From assembly GCA_002070605.1 (NCBI GenBank), contig MWDO01000002.1, positions 40,723 to 104,722 of the forward strand: a stretch of DNA of 64,000 nucleotides. Direction: 5' to 3'. This DNA comes from Spirochaetes bacterium ADurb.Bin133 (GTDB lineage Bacteria > Spirochaetota > GWE2-31-10 > MWDO01). The notes below the pieces were generated by a model. It was not told the DNA's origin, made no database searches, and saw only the letters and a list, made by a program, of their open reading frames with translations. Below are positions 40,431 through 50,931 of this stretch, piece by piece; within the stretch, counting starts at the first letter, position 1, and every line of letters starts with the position of its first letter. A program made the position numbers and the translations under genes.

Positions 40431-41819
40431 ATGGAGTCAATAAAAAGATTATTCATAGACCCGTCTAAGTTTTACAATAAAAATATTGAAGTTTCCGGTT
40501 GGATAAGAACGATAAGAGATTCAAAGTCGTTTGGTTTTATAGAGATTAATGACGGCTCGTTTTTTAAAAATCTTCAAATTGTAGCGGACGAGAAAGATAC
40601 GTCTAATTATCAAGAAGTATTAAAACTATCTATTGGTTCCGCCATAAGCGTTCAGGGAATATTATTGGAAACCCCTAACGCAAAGCAGCCGTTTGAACTT
40701 AGAGCCAGTTCAATAACAATCGAAGGTTATTCGGCAAACGACTATCCTTTGCAAAAGAAAAAACACTCTTTTGAATTTCTAAGAACAATAGCTCATTTGC
40801 GACCGAGAACAAATACCTTCTCCGCGGTTTTTAGAATTCGATCGGTAGCCTCCTACGCAATACATAAATTTTTTCAAGATAGAGGCTTTGTTTACGTTCA
40901 AACTCCGATAATTACAACCAGCGATTGCGAAGGCGCGGGTCAGATGTTCAGAGTAACTACGCTGGATCTTAATAACGTTCCCAAAAACAAAAATTCAACA
41001 GTGGATTATTCCAAAGATTTTTTTGGTAAAGAGACCAGTTTGACTGTCAGCGGTCAATTAGCCGGCGAAGCTTACGCAATGGCGTTTAAAAATATATATA
41101 CGTTCGGTCCAACTTTTAGAGCGGAAAACTCAAATACGGCAAGACATGCGGCTGAATTTTGGATGATTGAACCTGAAATCGCCTTTGCAGATCTTAACGA
41201 CGATATGGCGCTCGCCGAGGATATGATAAAGTATATAATTAATTATGTTTTAGAAAATTGTCCCGAGGAAATGAAATTTTTCAACGATTTTATAGATAAT
41301 TCGGTTTTAGATAGATTAAACAATATCGTTAGTTCTAAATTCGGCGTTATAACCTACACAGAAGCCGTAGACCTGCTAAAAAAAGAGTCTGCTACTTTTG
41401 AATATCCCGTAGAATGGGGTATAGACCTTCAAACGGAGCATGAGAAATATTTGACGGAAAAGATTTTCAAAAAACCTCTTTTTGTTATTAATTATCCAAA
41501 AGAGATCAAGGCGTTTTATATGCGTCAAAACGACGACGGTAAAACGGTAGCCGCTATGGATCTGTTAGTCCCCGGCGTCGGAGAAATTATAGGGGGCAGT
41601 CAAAGAGAAGAAAGAATTGATATTCTTGAAAAAAAATTATCAGATTTTGATCTAAAGAAAGAAGATTACTGGTGGTATTTGGACTTGAGAAAATACGGCG
41701 GAGTCAAACATTGCGGATTTGGTTTAGGATTTGAAAGAATGATAATGTATCTTACCGGTATGACTAACATTAGAGACGTTATTTCTTTTCCGCGAACTAC
41801 TAAACAAGCTGATTTTTAA
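40431..41819 (+). CDS. asnS: asparagine--tRNA ligase
   Basis: OB anticodon domain then class II motifs ([21 protein letters not shown]); 462 aa. Confidence 0.9.
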   Translation: MESIKRLFIDPSKFYNKNIEVSGWIRTIRDSKSFGFIEINDGSFFKNLQIVADEKDTSNYQEVLKLSIGSAISVQGILLETPNAKQPFELRASSITIEGYSANDYPLQKKKHSFEFLRTIAHLRPRTNTFSAVFRIRSVASYAIHKFFQDRGFVYVQTPIITTSDCEGAGQMFRVTTLDLNNVPKNKNSTVDYSKDFFGKETSLTVSGQLAGEAYAMAFKNIYTFGPTFRAENSNTARHAAEFWMIEPEIAFADLNDDMALAEDMIKYIINYVLENCPEEMKFFNDFIDNSVLDRLNNIVSSKFGVITYTEAVDLLKKESATFEYPVEWGIDLQTEHEKYLTEKIFKKPLFVINYPKEIKAFYMRQNDDGKTVAAMDLLVPGVGEIIGGSQREERIDILEKKLSDFDLKKEDYWWYLDLRKYGGVKHCGFGLGFERMIMYLTGMTNIRDVISFPRTTKQADF

Positions 41820-42059
41820 ATATATTTTTTCTCTCACCTATTCAAATTTATTAGCGGAGCCGCGGTAGTAGTCGGAGTAATTTTGTTAATTCTTTATTTT
41901 ATTACCTCCTTGTCCGGCAAGAACTAAGATACGCATTCCGAGAAATCCGAATAATATTTGTAAAATTTAAAATTTCGTTATTTTTCTCAGTTTTTCTATT
42001 AGTTTAATAAATCGGGAAAAGTAGTTGAATAATTTTAAAATATTTCTTATAATAGTTCT

Positions 42060-42656
42060 ATGAAAATAATATCAGAGTATTGTAAAAATTTAGGATCAAC
42101 CGAGCCGACTCCCGGCGGCGGTTCGGCCGCCGGAGTCGTTCTTAGTCTTTCGGCGTCTTGCGCTGAAAAAGCGGCTAGATTTTCCATACACGATCATTTA
42201 GAAAAATATATAGAGTCGTTTGTAGAAATCAGAGAAGCCGGTTTGAAATTATCGGACGAAGATGAAGCGGCGTTTCTTGGTTGGAAGAAAGCGAGAGAAT
42301 TACCTAAAAGTACCGATAAAGAAAAAAAAGATCGAATCGACCTTATAAATTTATACGTTGAGCAATGCGTATTAGTTCCTTTTACTATCGCTGAAAAAGC
42401 GTTATATTTATCGGAAGTTATACTTGATTTTGTTCCATTCTGCAATAAGTGGCTAATTAGCGACTTACAAATAAGCGCCTCGTTTGCCCAAGCGGCGTTT
42501 GACTCGGCAATTTATAATATAACAATAAACATCCCTTATTTAAAAGACGAGAAACTTTTGAAAAGGTCCAAGGGTTTCATAAATACAAATAAAAAATATT
42601 TACCAAAATTATATAAAAATATTATTAAGAGTTGCCAATTAAGACTAAAGAATTAA
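42060..42656 (+). CDS. formiminotransferase-cyclodeaminase C-domain family protein (methenyl-THF cyclohydrolase-like)
   Basis: TPGGGSAAG motif typical of FTCD_C; 198 aa; TATAAT 6 nt upstream of ATG (leaderless candidate). Confidence 0.65.
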   Translation: MKIISEYCKNLGSTEPTPGGGSAAGVVLSLSASCAEKAARFSIHDHLEKYIESFVEIREAGLKLSDEDEAAFLGWKKARELPKSTDKEKKDRIDLINLYVEQCVLVPFTIAEKALYLSEVILDFVPFCNKWLISDLQISASFAQAAFDSAIYNITINIPYLKDEKLLKRSKGFINTNKKYLPKLYKNIIKSCQLRLKN

Positions 42657-43253
42657 ATTCTGAATTATCAGCCCGGTCGATATTGGCAATATCAGGTTAT
42701 CAAAATCCCCCGTTGGAAACGCTTCAATAACAGCTCCCGCGGCGGAGATTACTAGCGCTTGAGAAATATCGAGACCGCATAACAAATATACCGAACAAAG
42801 AGTAATAAAACATCCCATAGAACCGCTCATTGTTTTACCAAACGTAAATGGAATTTTAACTCCTCCAATTATCTTTCCAAATAAGCTTGCCACTCCGTCG
42901 CCAAAAGACACCGCAAAAATAGCTAAAGTCGCCGTCCTATAATCGAATAAAGTAAACGTTAAGAATATTCCGATAGATAAAGTGATTGGCCCTAATACCA
43001 ATTTGCCTTCGTCTCTCGATCTCGAAGCTATTTCGGTAATTCTGGATATTATCGGTATACGAATATTTTTACTACGTAAAACTTCGGACAAAAAATATAT
43101 TAACGTTACGATCAATAATCCGACTAAAACTAAACTTCTTGAAAAAAAATATAAAAAGGGCGTAAACGATGAAAACATATGAATAGCTTTACGAAAAAAT
43201 TCTTTTTTTAGCGTTTTTGAAATAAATAGAAGATTCTTAATAAAATGCGCCAA
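42645..43253 (-). CDS. CTP-transferase-1 family polytopic membrane protein (dolichol/phytol kinase or CDP-alcohol synthase-like)
   Basis: FRKAIHMF N-terminal motif and glycine-rich TM helices typical of PF01148-like kinases; 202 aa. Confidence 0.45.
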   Translation of the reverse strand: MAHFIKNLLFISKTLKKEFFRKAIHMFSSFTPFLYFFSRSLVLVGLLIVTLIYFLSEVLRSKNIRIPIISRITEIASRSRDEGKLVLGPITLSIGIFLTFTLFDYRTATLAIFAVSFGDGVASLFGKIIGGVKIPFTFGKTMSGSMGCFITLCSVYLLCGLDISQALVISAAGAVIEAFPTGDFDNLILPISTGLIIQNLIL

Positions 43254-43267
43254 TTTTTCCCCTTAAA

Positions 43268-43627
43268 TTATAGATCCCAAAAAACGGTAATTTTATATTT
43301 GAATTTGTTTTCTCTAAATTTAAGACTTATTATACATAGATTAAAAGCCATATCTATAGTAATATTGTCGCCTTCGCAGCTTTTATCGGTAAAAGTTAAA
43401 TCTCCAAATTTTTGAATCGCTTCTTTAATCATTTCATCTAAAGTAAATTTTTCGTCTGAAATTATATTGAACTCTTTATCTATCTTTTTTATTTTAACCA
43501 AGAATTTTTCAATATACTTCTCTTTTTCCTGTTCCAACTTTAAAACTTTTTGAAGAGGCAGCAGACCGGAATATTTACTTGCTTTAATTCTTTCATATTC
43601 CTGAGTTATTTTTTGAGCGTCAAACAT
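43268..43627 (-). CDS. hypothetical protein (119 aa)
   Basis: ORF in apparent operon with 43654-45180 and 42645-43253. Confidence 0.45.
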   Translation of the reverse strand: MFDAQKITQEYERIKASKYSGLLPLQKVLKLEQEKEKYIEKFLVKIKKIDKEFNIISDEKFTLDEMIKEAIQKFGDLTFTDKSCEGDNITIDMAFNLCIISLKFRENKFKYKITVFWDL

Positions 43628-43653
43628 ATTTACGTCCTTAAATAAATTATTTT

Positions 43654-45180
43654 TTATAAATCTTCAAAATTTTCAACCTTTAAAGCGTCCTCTATCGCGT
43701 TATTAATAATCACGCTATATTTTACATTTTTATTATATTTTTCCTCAATAACCTCTTTAATTAACTCTTTTACTCTCTCTCTATTTTCAAAGACTCTATC
43801 TTCGCTCAATTCGTCGCGTAATTCATTTATAATATTTGTAGCCAACGCCGACAAATCATTTTTTGATTTATCAGAATTAACAACTATTTTATCGTTCTCG
43901 TTTACCCCGTTTTCATTAATCAAACGGTCGTCGTCTACCTCTATGCCTTCTGAAAGGCTATTTTCAACATCCGATATTATTTCGAGATCCCTCTTACTCT
44001 GAATGTTATACGCCGCCTCCAGATCATTAATGGCTTCCCCAAGATAGACGTCTAAACTATCGTTTAACGGACCTATCAAGTTTTCCTCGTTTGACAAATC
44101 GCCGTCAAAAGCGACATTTTTTATATCGCTATCCATCAACAAACTTAACGCTTTATAATAACTATCCTCAATACTTCCTAAATTCTCAAAAATAAAATTA
44201 TTTTGGTAGTCGATCGTACTTTTAAAATTAAGAATTACTTTATTAACAACGTTTATTGCAAATTCATTTAATCCGTCGGACCAATCGTAATTTATTTCTC
44301 TTTCGCAATTTTCTTCAAATAAATATTCCGAAATTTTTTCTAGCGTATTATATATAGATTTCATAAGAATATTATATTTTTGAAAACAGCGCTCCATTAT
44401 CGCGTCGATATTTTTCAAAAACTCCATTTTATCTAAGACATTTTTAAACGCTTCCGATACGTCGTCCGTCATATCGCAAAGATGCCATAAATCGCACTCC
44501 TCTATACCTTTAAATATATCCCGAACGCTATCAAAGTCGTTTTCTTTTTCGGCAATTTTAGTTATGATATGATTTCTGATTTGCGAAAATACCCTATCTC
44601 TTACCGCAAATAAACTATTCCAAATATTTTTCCGAATATAATCGCAAATCGTTTTTTTTTTGATTAACATCCCGGTAAAAATAAAATAAGAGGCGTTGGT
44701 CAAATTATTTTTTAAAAGAAAATTTAGTTTTAATATAACGCCGTAATACATGTTATCTAAATAGCCGGGGCTTTTAATAATATTAAAATTTGATTTTACT
44801 ATAGCGTTTAAGATAGCAATTAATGTTTCATTATCGTCAATCTCTTTAAATATCCGATTAAATTGAACAAAACGCATTTCATCGATAGAGATAAAATTTA
44901 GTAAATTAATAATAAGATTTTCGTTATTTGTTTTAAATATTTCTAAAGGCATACGGCTATCTAAAAATTTTTGATAAGAAAACTCTCTTATGTTATTATA
45001 TAGAGTCTCTTCATCTTTTTTCCGTTTTAGAAACTCTATAAAAACATCGCTTTTTATTCCTCGATAATCCCCTTTCTTAATGAACGATAATATTTTCCTG
45101 AGAGTTAATTTATTATTGATTAATGTAAAATTTCTTAAAAATATATTAATCCCATTAATATTTTTCTTTAAATCAATCAT
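43654..45180 (-). CDS. hypothetical protein (508 aa, predicted all-alpha, acidic C-terminus)
   Basis: long ORF, no recognisable motif. Confidence 0.5.
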   Translation of the reverse strand: MIDLKKNINGINIFLRNFTLINNKLTLRKILSFIKKGDYRGIKSDVFIEFLKRKKDEETLYNNIREFSYQKFLDSRMPLEIFKTNNENLIINLLNFISIDEMRFVQFNRIFKEIDDNETLIAILNAIVKSNFNIIKSPGYLDNMYYGVILKLNFLLKNNLTNASYFIFTGMLIKKKTICDYIRKNIWNSLFAVRDRVFSQIRNHIITKIAEKENDFDSVRDIFKGIEECDLWHLCDMTDDVSEAFKNVLDKMEFLKNIDAIMERCFQKYNILMKSIYNTLEKISEYLFEENCEREINYDWSDGLNEFAINVVNKVILNFKSTIDYQNNFIFENLGSIEDSYYKALSLLMDSDIKNVAFDGDLSNEENLIGPLNDSLDVYLGEAINDLEAAYNIQSKRDLEIISDVENSLSEGIEVDDDRLINENGVNENDKIVVNSDKSKNDLSALATNIINELRDELSEDRVFENRERVKELIKEVIEEKYNKNVKYSVIINNAIEDALKVENFEDL

Positions 45181-45437
45181 TCCGTCTTTTTGATTTTGTC
45201 CTTATTTTTATTTATTATATAACGCTTTTTTCTACTTAGTTTATTGTACCATATTTATAAAAAATAGGGAATTTTTTTATCTCTTTTATTAAGTATATAG
45301 ATTTGATCTTTTTTTGAAAATTTTAGTATTTATATCTTTTATTTAACATTTAGTTATGTTATAAATTCACTTTGTAAAGATTTTTATATCTTTTAAACGT
45401 TGTATTAATATACAAATAATCATAAAGGAGAATTTTG

Positions 45438-46667
45438 ATGATTAAAATTAATTCTAATTATCTAAAGTTGCAAGGAAGTTATCTTTTTTCCGAAATAGCG
45501 CGATTAGTAAAGGAGTATCAAGAAAAAAATAGAGACAAAAAAATAATTCGTCTTGGAATTGGAGACGTAACGGAACCTTTGCCTCAATCGATAGTGGGCG
45601 CTATAAAAAAAGCCGCAAACGAAATGGGCGTAAGAGAGTCTTTTAAAGGTTACAGATCGGACGAAGGTTATGAATTTTTAAGAGAAAAGATAAAAAATCA
45701 CGATTTTTCAAGTAGAGGGATAAACATAGATATTGACGAGATATTTATCTCTACCGGCGCAAAAGAAGACGTCGCAAATATTCAAGAGATACTTTCCGCA
45801 GACTCTAAAATCGCAATAACGGATCCCGTTTATCCGGTCTATATAGATAGCAACGTAATGGCGGGAAGAACGGGGGATTTTAAAAACGGAAGATTTGAGA
45901 ATGTATGCTATTTGGATTGTTTAGAATCTAATAACTATATTCCGGATTTGCCAAAGGAAAAAGTTGATTTGATATATCTGTGCTTTCCAAACAATCCAAC
46001 CGGGCAAGTAGCAACAAAAGAAATTCTAAAAAAATGGGTAAACTACGCAAAAGAGAATAAATCTTTAATAATTTACGACGCGGCTTACGAAGCTTTTATT
46101 ACGGATCCTTCAATACCTAAAAGTATTTTTGAAATAGAGGGGGCGAAAGAGGTCGCCATAGAATTTAGAAGTTTGTCTAAAACGGCCGGCTTTACGGGCG
46201 TTCGTCTCTCTTACGCAATTGTCCCAAAAGAATCCAGAGCTTTTGACGAAAACGGCGTAGCGCATTCTTTGAATAAATTATGGAACAGAAGGCAATCTAC
46301 AAAATTTAACGGCGTAGCCTATATTATTCAAAGAGCCGGAGAGGTAGTTTTTACAAAAGAAGGAAGAGAAGAGGTCGATAAAATTATTAAATACTATTTA
46401 GGAAACGCCAAAATCATAGGGGAAGGAATAAAAAAACTAGGCATTAGGTATTCGGGAGGCGTTAACGCCCCGTACGTTTGGTTGAAAACGCCTAATAATC
46501 TCTCTTCGTGGGATTTTTTCAATAAGCTGCTCTCGGAGTGCCAAGTAGTCGGAACTCCCGGCGTCGGTTTTGGTAAGTGCGGCGAAGGCTACTTTAGATT
46601 ATCCTCTTTTGGTAAAAGGGAAGACGTAGAAGAAGCGATTGATAGAATACAAAAATTGTCGTTGTGA
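45438..46667 (+). CDS. dapL: LL-diaminopimelate aminotransferase
   Basis: class I aminotransferase with PLP lysine region SLSKTAGFTG; DapL-type N-terminus; AAGGAG SD 7 nt before ATG 45438. Confidence 0.85.
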   Translation: MIKINSNYLKLQGSYLFSEIARLVKEYQEKNRDKKIIRLGIGDVTEPLPQSIVGAIKKAANEMGVRESFKGYRSDEGYEFLREKIKNHDFSSRGINIDIDEIFISTGAKEDVANIQEILSADSKIAITDPVYPVYIDSNVMAGRTGDFKNGRFENVCYLDCLESNNYIPDLPKEKVDLIYLCFPNNPTGQVATKEILKKWVNYAKENKSLIIYDAAYEAFITDPSIPKSIFEIEGAKEVAIEFRSLSKTAGFTGVRLSYAIVPKESRAFDENGVAHSLNKLWNRRQSTKFNGVAYIIQRAGEVVFTKEGREEVDKIIKYYLGNAKIIGEGIKKLGIRYSGGVNAPYVWLKTPNNLSSWDFFNKLLSECQVVGTPGVGFGKCGEGYFRLSSFGKREDVEEAIDRIQKLSL

Positions 46668-46668
46668 T

Positions 46669-47091
46669 ATGAAAATTATTAAATTTTTTATTTTAGGGCT
46701 ATATTTACTACTTTTTATTAACTGTATTTCAAATAACGTCAAAGAAAAACCGTTAAACGTTACGCATGAAGGAACGTGGACGGGTAAAAACAACCTCGGG
46801 CAAAATTTCCATTTAAGACTTACGCCCGACGGTTATGCCGATTTGTCGATTGACAAAAAGAGCGCGGCTCCTTTTGACAACTATTCAAAAATATATTATG
46901 TGATAAATTATGATAAAAATCCTATTTTTTTGGATATAATTTATACAAGAAAAGAATCCAAAAGCGTAGTTTACAAATTTATAATAGAGTTCCTAAGTAA
47001 AAATATGTTTAGAATTTCCGGAAATTTGGACGGCAACAGACCTATAAATTTTGAAGACGATAAAACTTTTCTGTTAAAAAAGAAATTCTAA
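46669..47091 (+). CDS. small hypothetical lipoprotein
   Basis: signal peptide MKIIKFFILGLYLLLFINC (lipobox FINC); start moved to internal Met. Confidence 0.5.
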   Translation: MKIIKFFILGLYLLLFINCISNNVKEKPLNVTHEGTWTGKNNLGQNFHLRLTPDGYADLSIDKKSAAPFDNYSKIYYVINYDKNPIFLDIIYTRKESKSVVYKFIIEFLSKNMFRISGNLDGNRPINFEDDKTFLLKKKF

Positions 47092-47191
47092 CTAAAATAA
47101 TTTAAGTTCAAATTTCTGATTTAAATTTAAGTTTATTGTTATTATTGATAAGTAAATGAAAATTATTTAAATTTTAAAAAAAGAGAGAAAG

Positions 47192-48472
47192 ATGAGCAAA
47201 AAATACCTAATAGAAGGCGGTTATCCGCTAAAAGGAATTATCAAACCGAATGGGAACAAAAACGCCGCTCTTCCGGCTATTGCGGCGGCGTTATTAACGG
47301 ACGAAGAGGTAATTCTAAGAAATATTCCTAACATCGAAGACGTTAATATAATGTTAGAAATATCAACGCAGCTGGGAGCGACCGTAAAAAAAATAGATAA
47401 AAATACGTTAAGTATAAAAGGCGGTATATCGTCGACGACAATCAATCCGGATTTAGGAAAAAAAATCCGAACGTCAATTTTATTTGCCGGACCTCTTCTT
47501 GCAAGAGCCGGAGAAGCGATCCTCCCGCCTCCGGGCGGCGACGTTATAGGTCGAAGAAGACTCGATACGCACTTTATTGCGCTTTCCGAACTCGGTTGTA
47601 GAATAGAAATTTCTACTAATTTTAAAATGACCGCCAATAAATTAGTAGGAAAAGAAATATTTTTAGACGAAATGTCGGTAACCGCTACCGAAAACGCCGT
47701 AATGGCGGCCGTACTAGCCGAAGGCAATACCACGATACTTAACGCGGCGAGCGAACCGCACGTTCAAGATTTATGCAATATGTTAATCTCTATGGGGGCA
47801 AAAATTGACGGAGTCGGTTCTAATATTATTAGAATAACGGGCGTTGAAAAACTTCATGGAACAGATTTCACAATAGGCACAGATTTTATGGAAGTCGGTT
47901 CATTAATAGGACTCGCCGCCGTTACGAGAGGGGAAATAGAGATTACTAACGCAAATCCTGAAAACATGAGGATGTCCCGTCTTGTTTTTGGAAAACTAGG
48001 CATCAGATGGGAGACGGACGGCAGCTCGATCTTCGTCCCCGCGCATCAAGAGCTCAAAGTAATCTCCGACATAGGAGGGATGATACCAAAAATCGACGAT
48101 TCGCCCTGGCCGGGTTTTCCGCCGGACTTGATAAGCATTATAATAGTTACAGCTACCCAAGTTGAAGGAACGGTGTTAATTTTTGAGAAAATGTTTGAAT
48201 CCAGAATGTTTTTTGTCGATAAATTGGTTTCTATGGGAGCGAGAATTATTTTATGCGATCCTCACAGAGCCGTCGTTAGCGGTCCCGCAAGACTAAAAGG
48301 ATTAGAACTATCTAGTCCGGATATAAGAGCGGGAATGGCGTTAGTGCTAGCGGCGCTTTGCGCCGAAGGGCGTAGCGTTATTAATAACATAATACAAATT
48401 GAGAGGGGCTACGAGAGTCTGCCTGAAAGATTGCATAATTTAGGCGCAAAGATTAGCGTCGTAGATAATTAA
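47192..48472 (+). CDS. murA: UDP-N-acetylglucosamine 1-carboxyvinyltransferase
   Basis: EPSP-synthase fold; KGG motifs; ACTIVE-site region [18 protein letters not shown]; 426 aa. Confidence 0.9.
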   Translation: MSKKYLIEGGYPLKGIIKPNGNKNAALPAIAAALLTDEEVILRNIPNIEDVNIMLEISTQLGATVKKIDKNTLSIKGGISSTTINPDLGKKIRTSILFAGPLLARAGEAILPPPGGDVIGRRRLDTHFIALSELGCRIEISTNFKMTANKLVGKEIFLDEMSVTATENAVMAAVLAEGNTTILNAASEPHVQDLCNMLISMGAKIDGVGSNIIRITGVEKLHGTDFTIGTDFMEVGSLIGLAAVTRGEIEITNANPENMRMSRLVFGKLGIRWETDGSSIFVPAHQELKVISDIGGMIPKIDDSPWPGFPPDLISIIIVTATQVEGTVLIFEKMFESRMFFVDKLVSMGARIILCDPHRAVVSGPARLKGLELSSPDIRAGMALVLAALCAEGRSVINNIIQIERGYESLPERLHNLGAKISVVDN

Positions 48473-48474
48473 AT

Positions 48475-49059
48475 ATGAATGAAATAATTTTTGCAACGTT
48501 TAATAACCATAAAGTTTACGAAATTAATAAAATTATAAATAATTATAAGATCGTCTCGCTAAAAGAGGTAAACTTTACGGACGAGATTATTGAAAACGAT
48601 AATACGTTTATCGGAAATTCTCTTATTAAATGCAAGGCAGTGTATGAGTGTTATAAAAAGCCGGTTTTAGCCGACGACTCCGGTATTTGCGTAAATCAAC
48701 TTAACGGGGATCCCGGAATCCATTCCGCTCGATACGGATCCCCCGAATTTAACGATAAAGAGAGATATCAATTCTTATTGAGCCGACTTGATAAAAATAA
48801 AGATCTATCAGCATCTTTTGTTTGCGCCTTAGTTTTGTTTATAAATCCGAACAGAATTTATATTGCGCAAGAAGAAACAAAGGGATCGATAACCTTTAAT
48901 CCAAAAGGAAATAACGGTTTCGGATACGATCCGATTTTCTATCTTAGCGAATACGATAAAACTATGGCGGAACTATCCGATGAAGAGAAAAATTTTATAT
49001 CTCATAGAGGTAAAGCGGCAAGAATTCTAAAAAAATTTTTAGAAGAGAATAAAATATAA
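48475..49059 (+). CDS. rdgB: non-canonical purine NTP pyrophosphatase (RdgB/HAM1)
   Basis: FATFNNHKV, LADDSGICV, GFGYDPIF, FISHRGKA motifs; 194 aa. Confidence 0.88.
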   Translation: MNEIIFATFNNHKVYEINKIINNYKIVSLKEVNFTDEIIENDNTFIGNSLIKCKAVYECYKKPVLADDSGICVNQLNGDPGIHSARYGSPEFNDKERYQFLLSRLDKNKDLSASFVCALVLFINPNRIYIAQEETKGSITFNPKGNNGFGYDPIFYLSEYDKTMAELSDEEKNFISHRGKAARILKKFLEENKI

Positions 49060-49335
49060 ACGTTTTCTATTTGAATCTTAAATTTCAATAAATTTAAACA
49101 AAACGCTTTAAATCTATTGAAATTTGGGAAATTTTTATAAATTTGTCGTTATCCAAATTTTTCTCAGTTGTTTTTTATTTTCAAATTACGAAAATTTATT
49201 TTTTCTGTAACTTGTTTATATAAAACGAATTATATCATCGCAATAAAACTATAATTTTTTTGATAGCGATTTGGTATTTATAATCGGCGCTTTTTTTTAT
49301 ATCATAACGTTTTATAGAAAATTATAAGGCTTATT

Positions 49336-50715
49336 ATGAAAAATACGGATTATAAAATATATTGGGACGAAATAAAAAAAGAATTAGAACTCGTAATAAG
49401 AAAATCAGATTACAAATTGTGGATTAGTAGAATAGAATATTACGACTTTAAAATAAAAGATAAAGTTATGTACTTATCCGTTCCCTCTAATTTTATAAAA
49501 GATAATGCTTTAAGATTTAAGGAAGATATAGAAAGCATATTAACAAGAATTTTTGGACAAACGGCGTATATTGAATTTGTTATTTTTATTCCAAACGACG
49601 AAGCCGTTGAAGAGATAAGAGAAAGCGCTCTTCCAAAAAAAGAAAAAATAGAATTAAAAAAACAGAACGGCGCGCAAAATGATAAAAATATTGACAATAT
49701 TGAAAACTTTTCATTCGATTCTTTTATAGTAGGAGCGTCTAACGAATTTGCTGCAGAAACGGCTAAAATTGTCGCTCAAAATCCCGGTATCAAATATAAC
49801 CCTTATTTTATATGGGGGGATAGCGGTTTAGGTAAAACTCATCTTTTAAGATCTATAGAAAAATATATCAAGGAGTATTTTCCCTCGAAAAAAGTATTAT
49901 ATTTAACCTCTGAGGATTTTTTAAACGATTTTGTTCATTCGTTTTTAAACAATACCCAACAGCAATTCAGAATAAAATATAGACAGCTAGACGTTTTGTT
50001 AATAGACGACGTTCAATTTTTTTCCAGTAAAGAAGCTATTCAAGCTGAATTATTTCATACTTTTAATAAACTTTCAAATTCTAATAAACAAATGGTTTTT
50101 TCTTGCGATCAACCAATAAACAAGGTAAAAAAAATAGAGAATAGGCTTCGAAGCAGATTTTCAATGGGATTAACCGTAGATTTGAGACCGCCTGATTTTG
50201 AGTTACGTATCGCCATTTTAAAAAGATTGTCTTCCGCGTATTCGTTGAATTTTACCAGCGAGGCGATGGAGTATATCTGTTCAAATTCATCCGGAAGCGT
50301 AAGAGATTTAAAGGGCTCTTTTAAAGATCTATTGGCGTATTCCAGCATAATGAAAATAGAAACGATTACAAAAGACGTTGCAATCGAAAGGCTAAAAGAT
50401 AAAATTACTACTAATTTATACTCTTCTCCAATTTCCGTAGATAAAATTATACTCTCCGTCTCTCAGTATTTCAACATTAAATCCCACGATATCACGGGAA
50501 TAAAAAGAACCAAATCAATTGTTCTTGCAAGACAAATTTCCATGTATTTAAGTAGAAAATTAACAAGACTGTCGACTACTCAAATAGGCGCTTTTTTTGG
50601 GGATAAAGAGCACGGAACCGTAATGCACGCTACAAAAAAAATTGACGATCTTATTATAAAAGACAGTAAAATAAAAAACGATATAGATTTTCTTATCAAT
50701 AGTATAAGAGATTAA
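49336..50715 (+). CDS. dnaA: chromosomal replication initiator DnaA
   Basis: AAA+ Walker A GDSGLGKTHLL, box VII, C-terminal DnaA-box-binding HTH; 459 aa. Confidence 0.93.
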   Translation: MKNTDYKIYWDEIKKELELVIRKSDYKLWISRIEYYDFKIKDKVMYLSVPSNFIKDNALRFKEDIESILTRIFGQTAYIEFVIFIPNDEAVEEIRESALPKKEKIELKKQNGAQNDKNIDNIENFSFDSFIVGASNEFAAETAKIVAQNPGIKYNPYFIWGDSGLGKTHLLRSIEKYIKEYFPSKKVLYLTSEDFLNDFVHSFLNNTQQQFRIKYRQLDVLLIDDVQFFSSKEAIQAELFHTFNKLSNSNKQMVFSCDQPINKVKKIENRLRSRFSMGLTVDLRPPDFELRIAILKRLSSAYSLNFTSEAMEYICSNSSGSVRDLKGSFKDLLAYSSIMKIETITKDVAIERLKDKITTNLYSSPISVDKIILSVSQYFNIKSHDITGIKRTKSIVLARQISMYLSRKLTRLSTTQIGAFFGDKEHGTVMHATKKIDDLIIKDSKIKNDIDFLINSIRD

Positions 50716-50931
50716 AAACAAGCAAAAAAATTGTTAATAACTTGTTTGAAAATATTTTTATTGTTTTTATTACAAAAATATGATAAATATATTTACATAG
50801 TTATTAACAATGTAAATATATTTATCATTACTATTTATATAGTTATTAACGTTATTGACAGACGTACTAATATATACTACTAAATTTATATTAATATTAA
50901 TAGGTAGGGTATAAAAAATACAGGAGATTGT
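50716..50931. promoter_or_regulatory. dnaA-dnaN intergenic region: AT-rich palindromes, candidate oriC / dnaN promoter
   Basis: 18-bp perfect inverted arms TGATAAATATATTTACAT / ATGTAAATATATTTATCA around GTTATTAAC; four GTTA(A/T)TAAC repeats. Confidence 0.4.

Noticed and set aside
46639-46668. N-terminal extension MIEYKNCRCD of ORF 46639-47091 overlapping dapL
   Set aside because: The internal Met at 46669 starts a canonical lipoprotein signal peptide. The upstream extension overlaps the dapL 3' end and is probably not translated.
47092-47191. AATTTAAGTT direct repeats between the lipoprotein gene and murA
   Set aside because: Only two short copies in an AT-rich spacer were seen. There is no hairpin and no supporting context.
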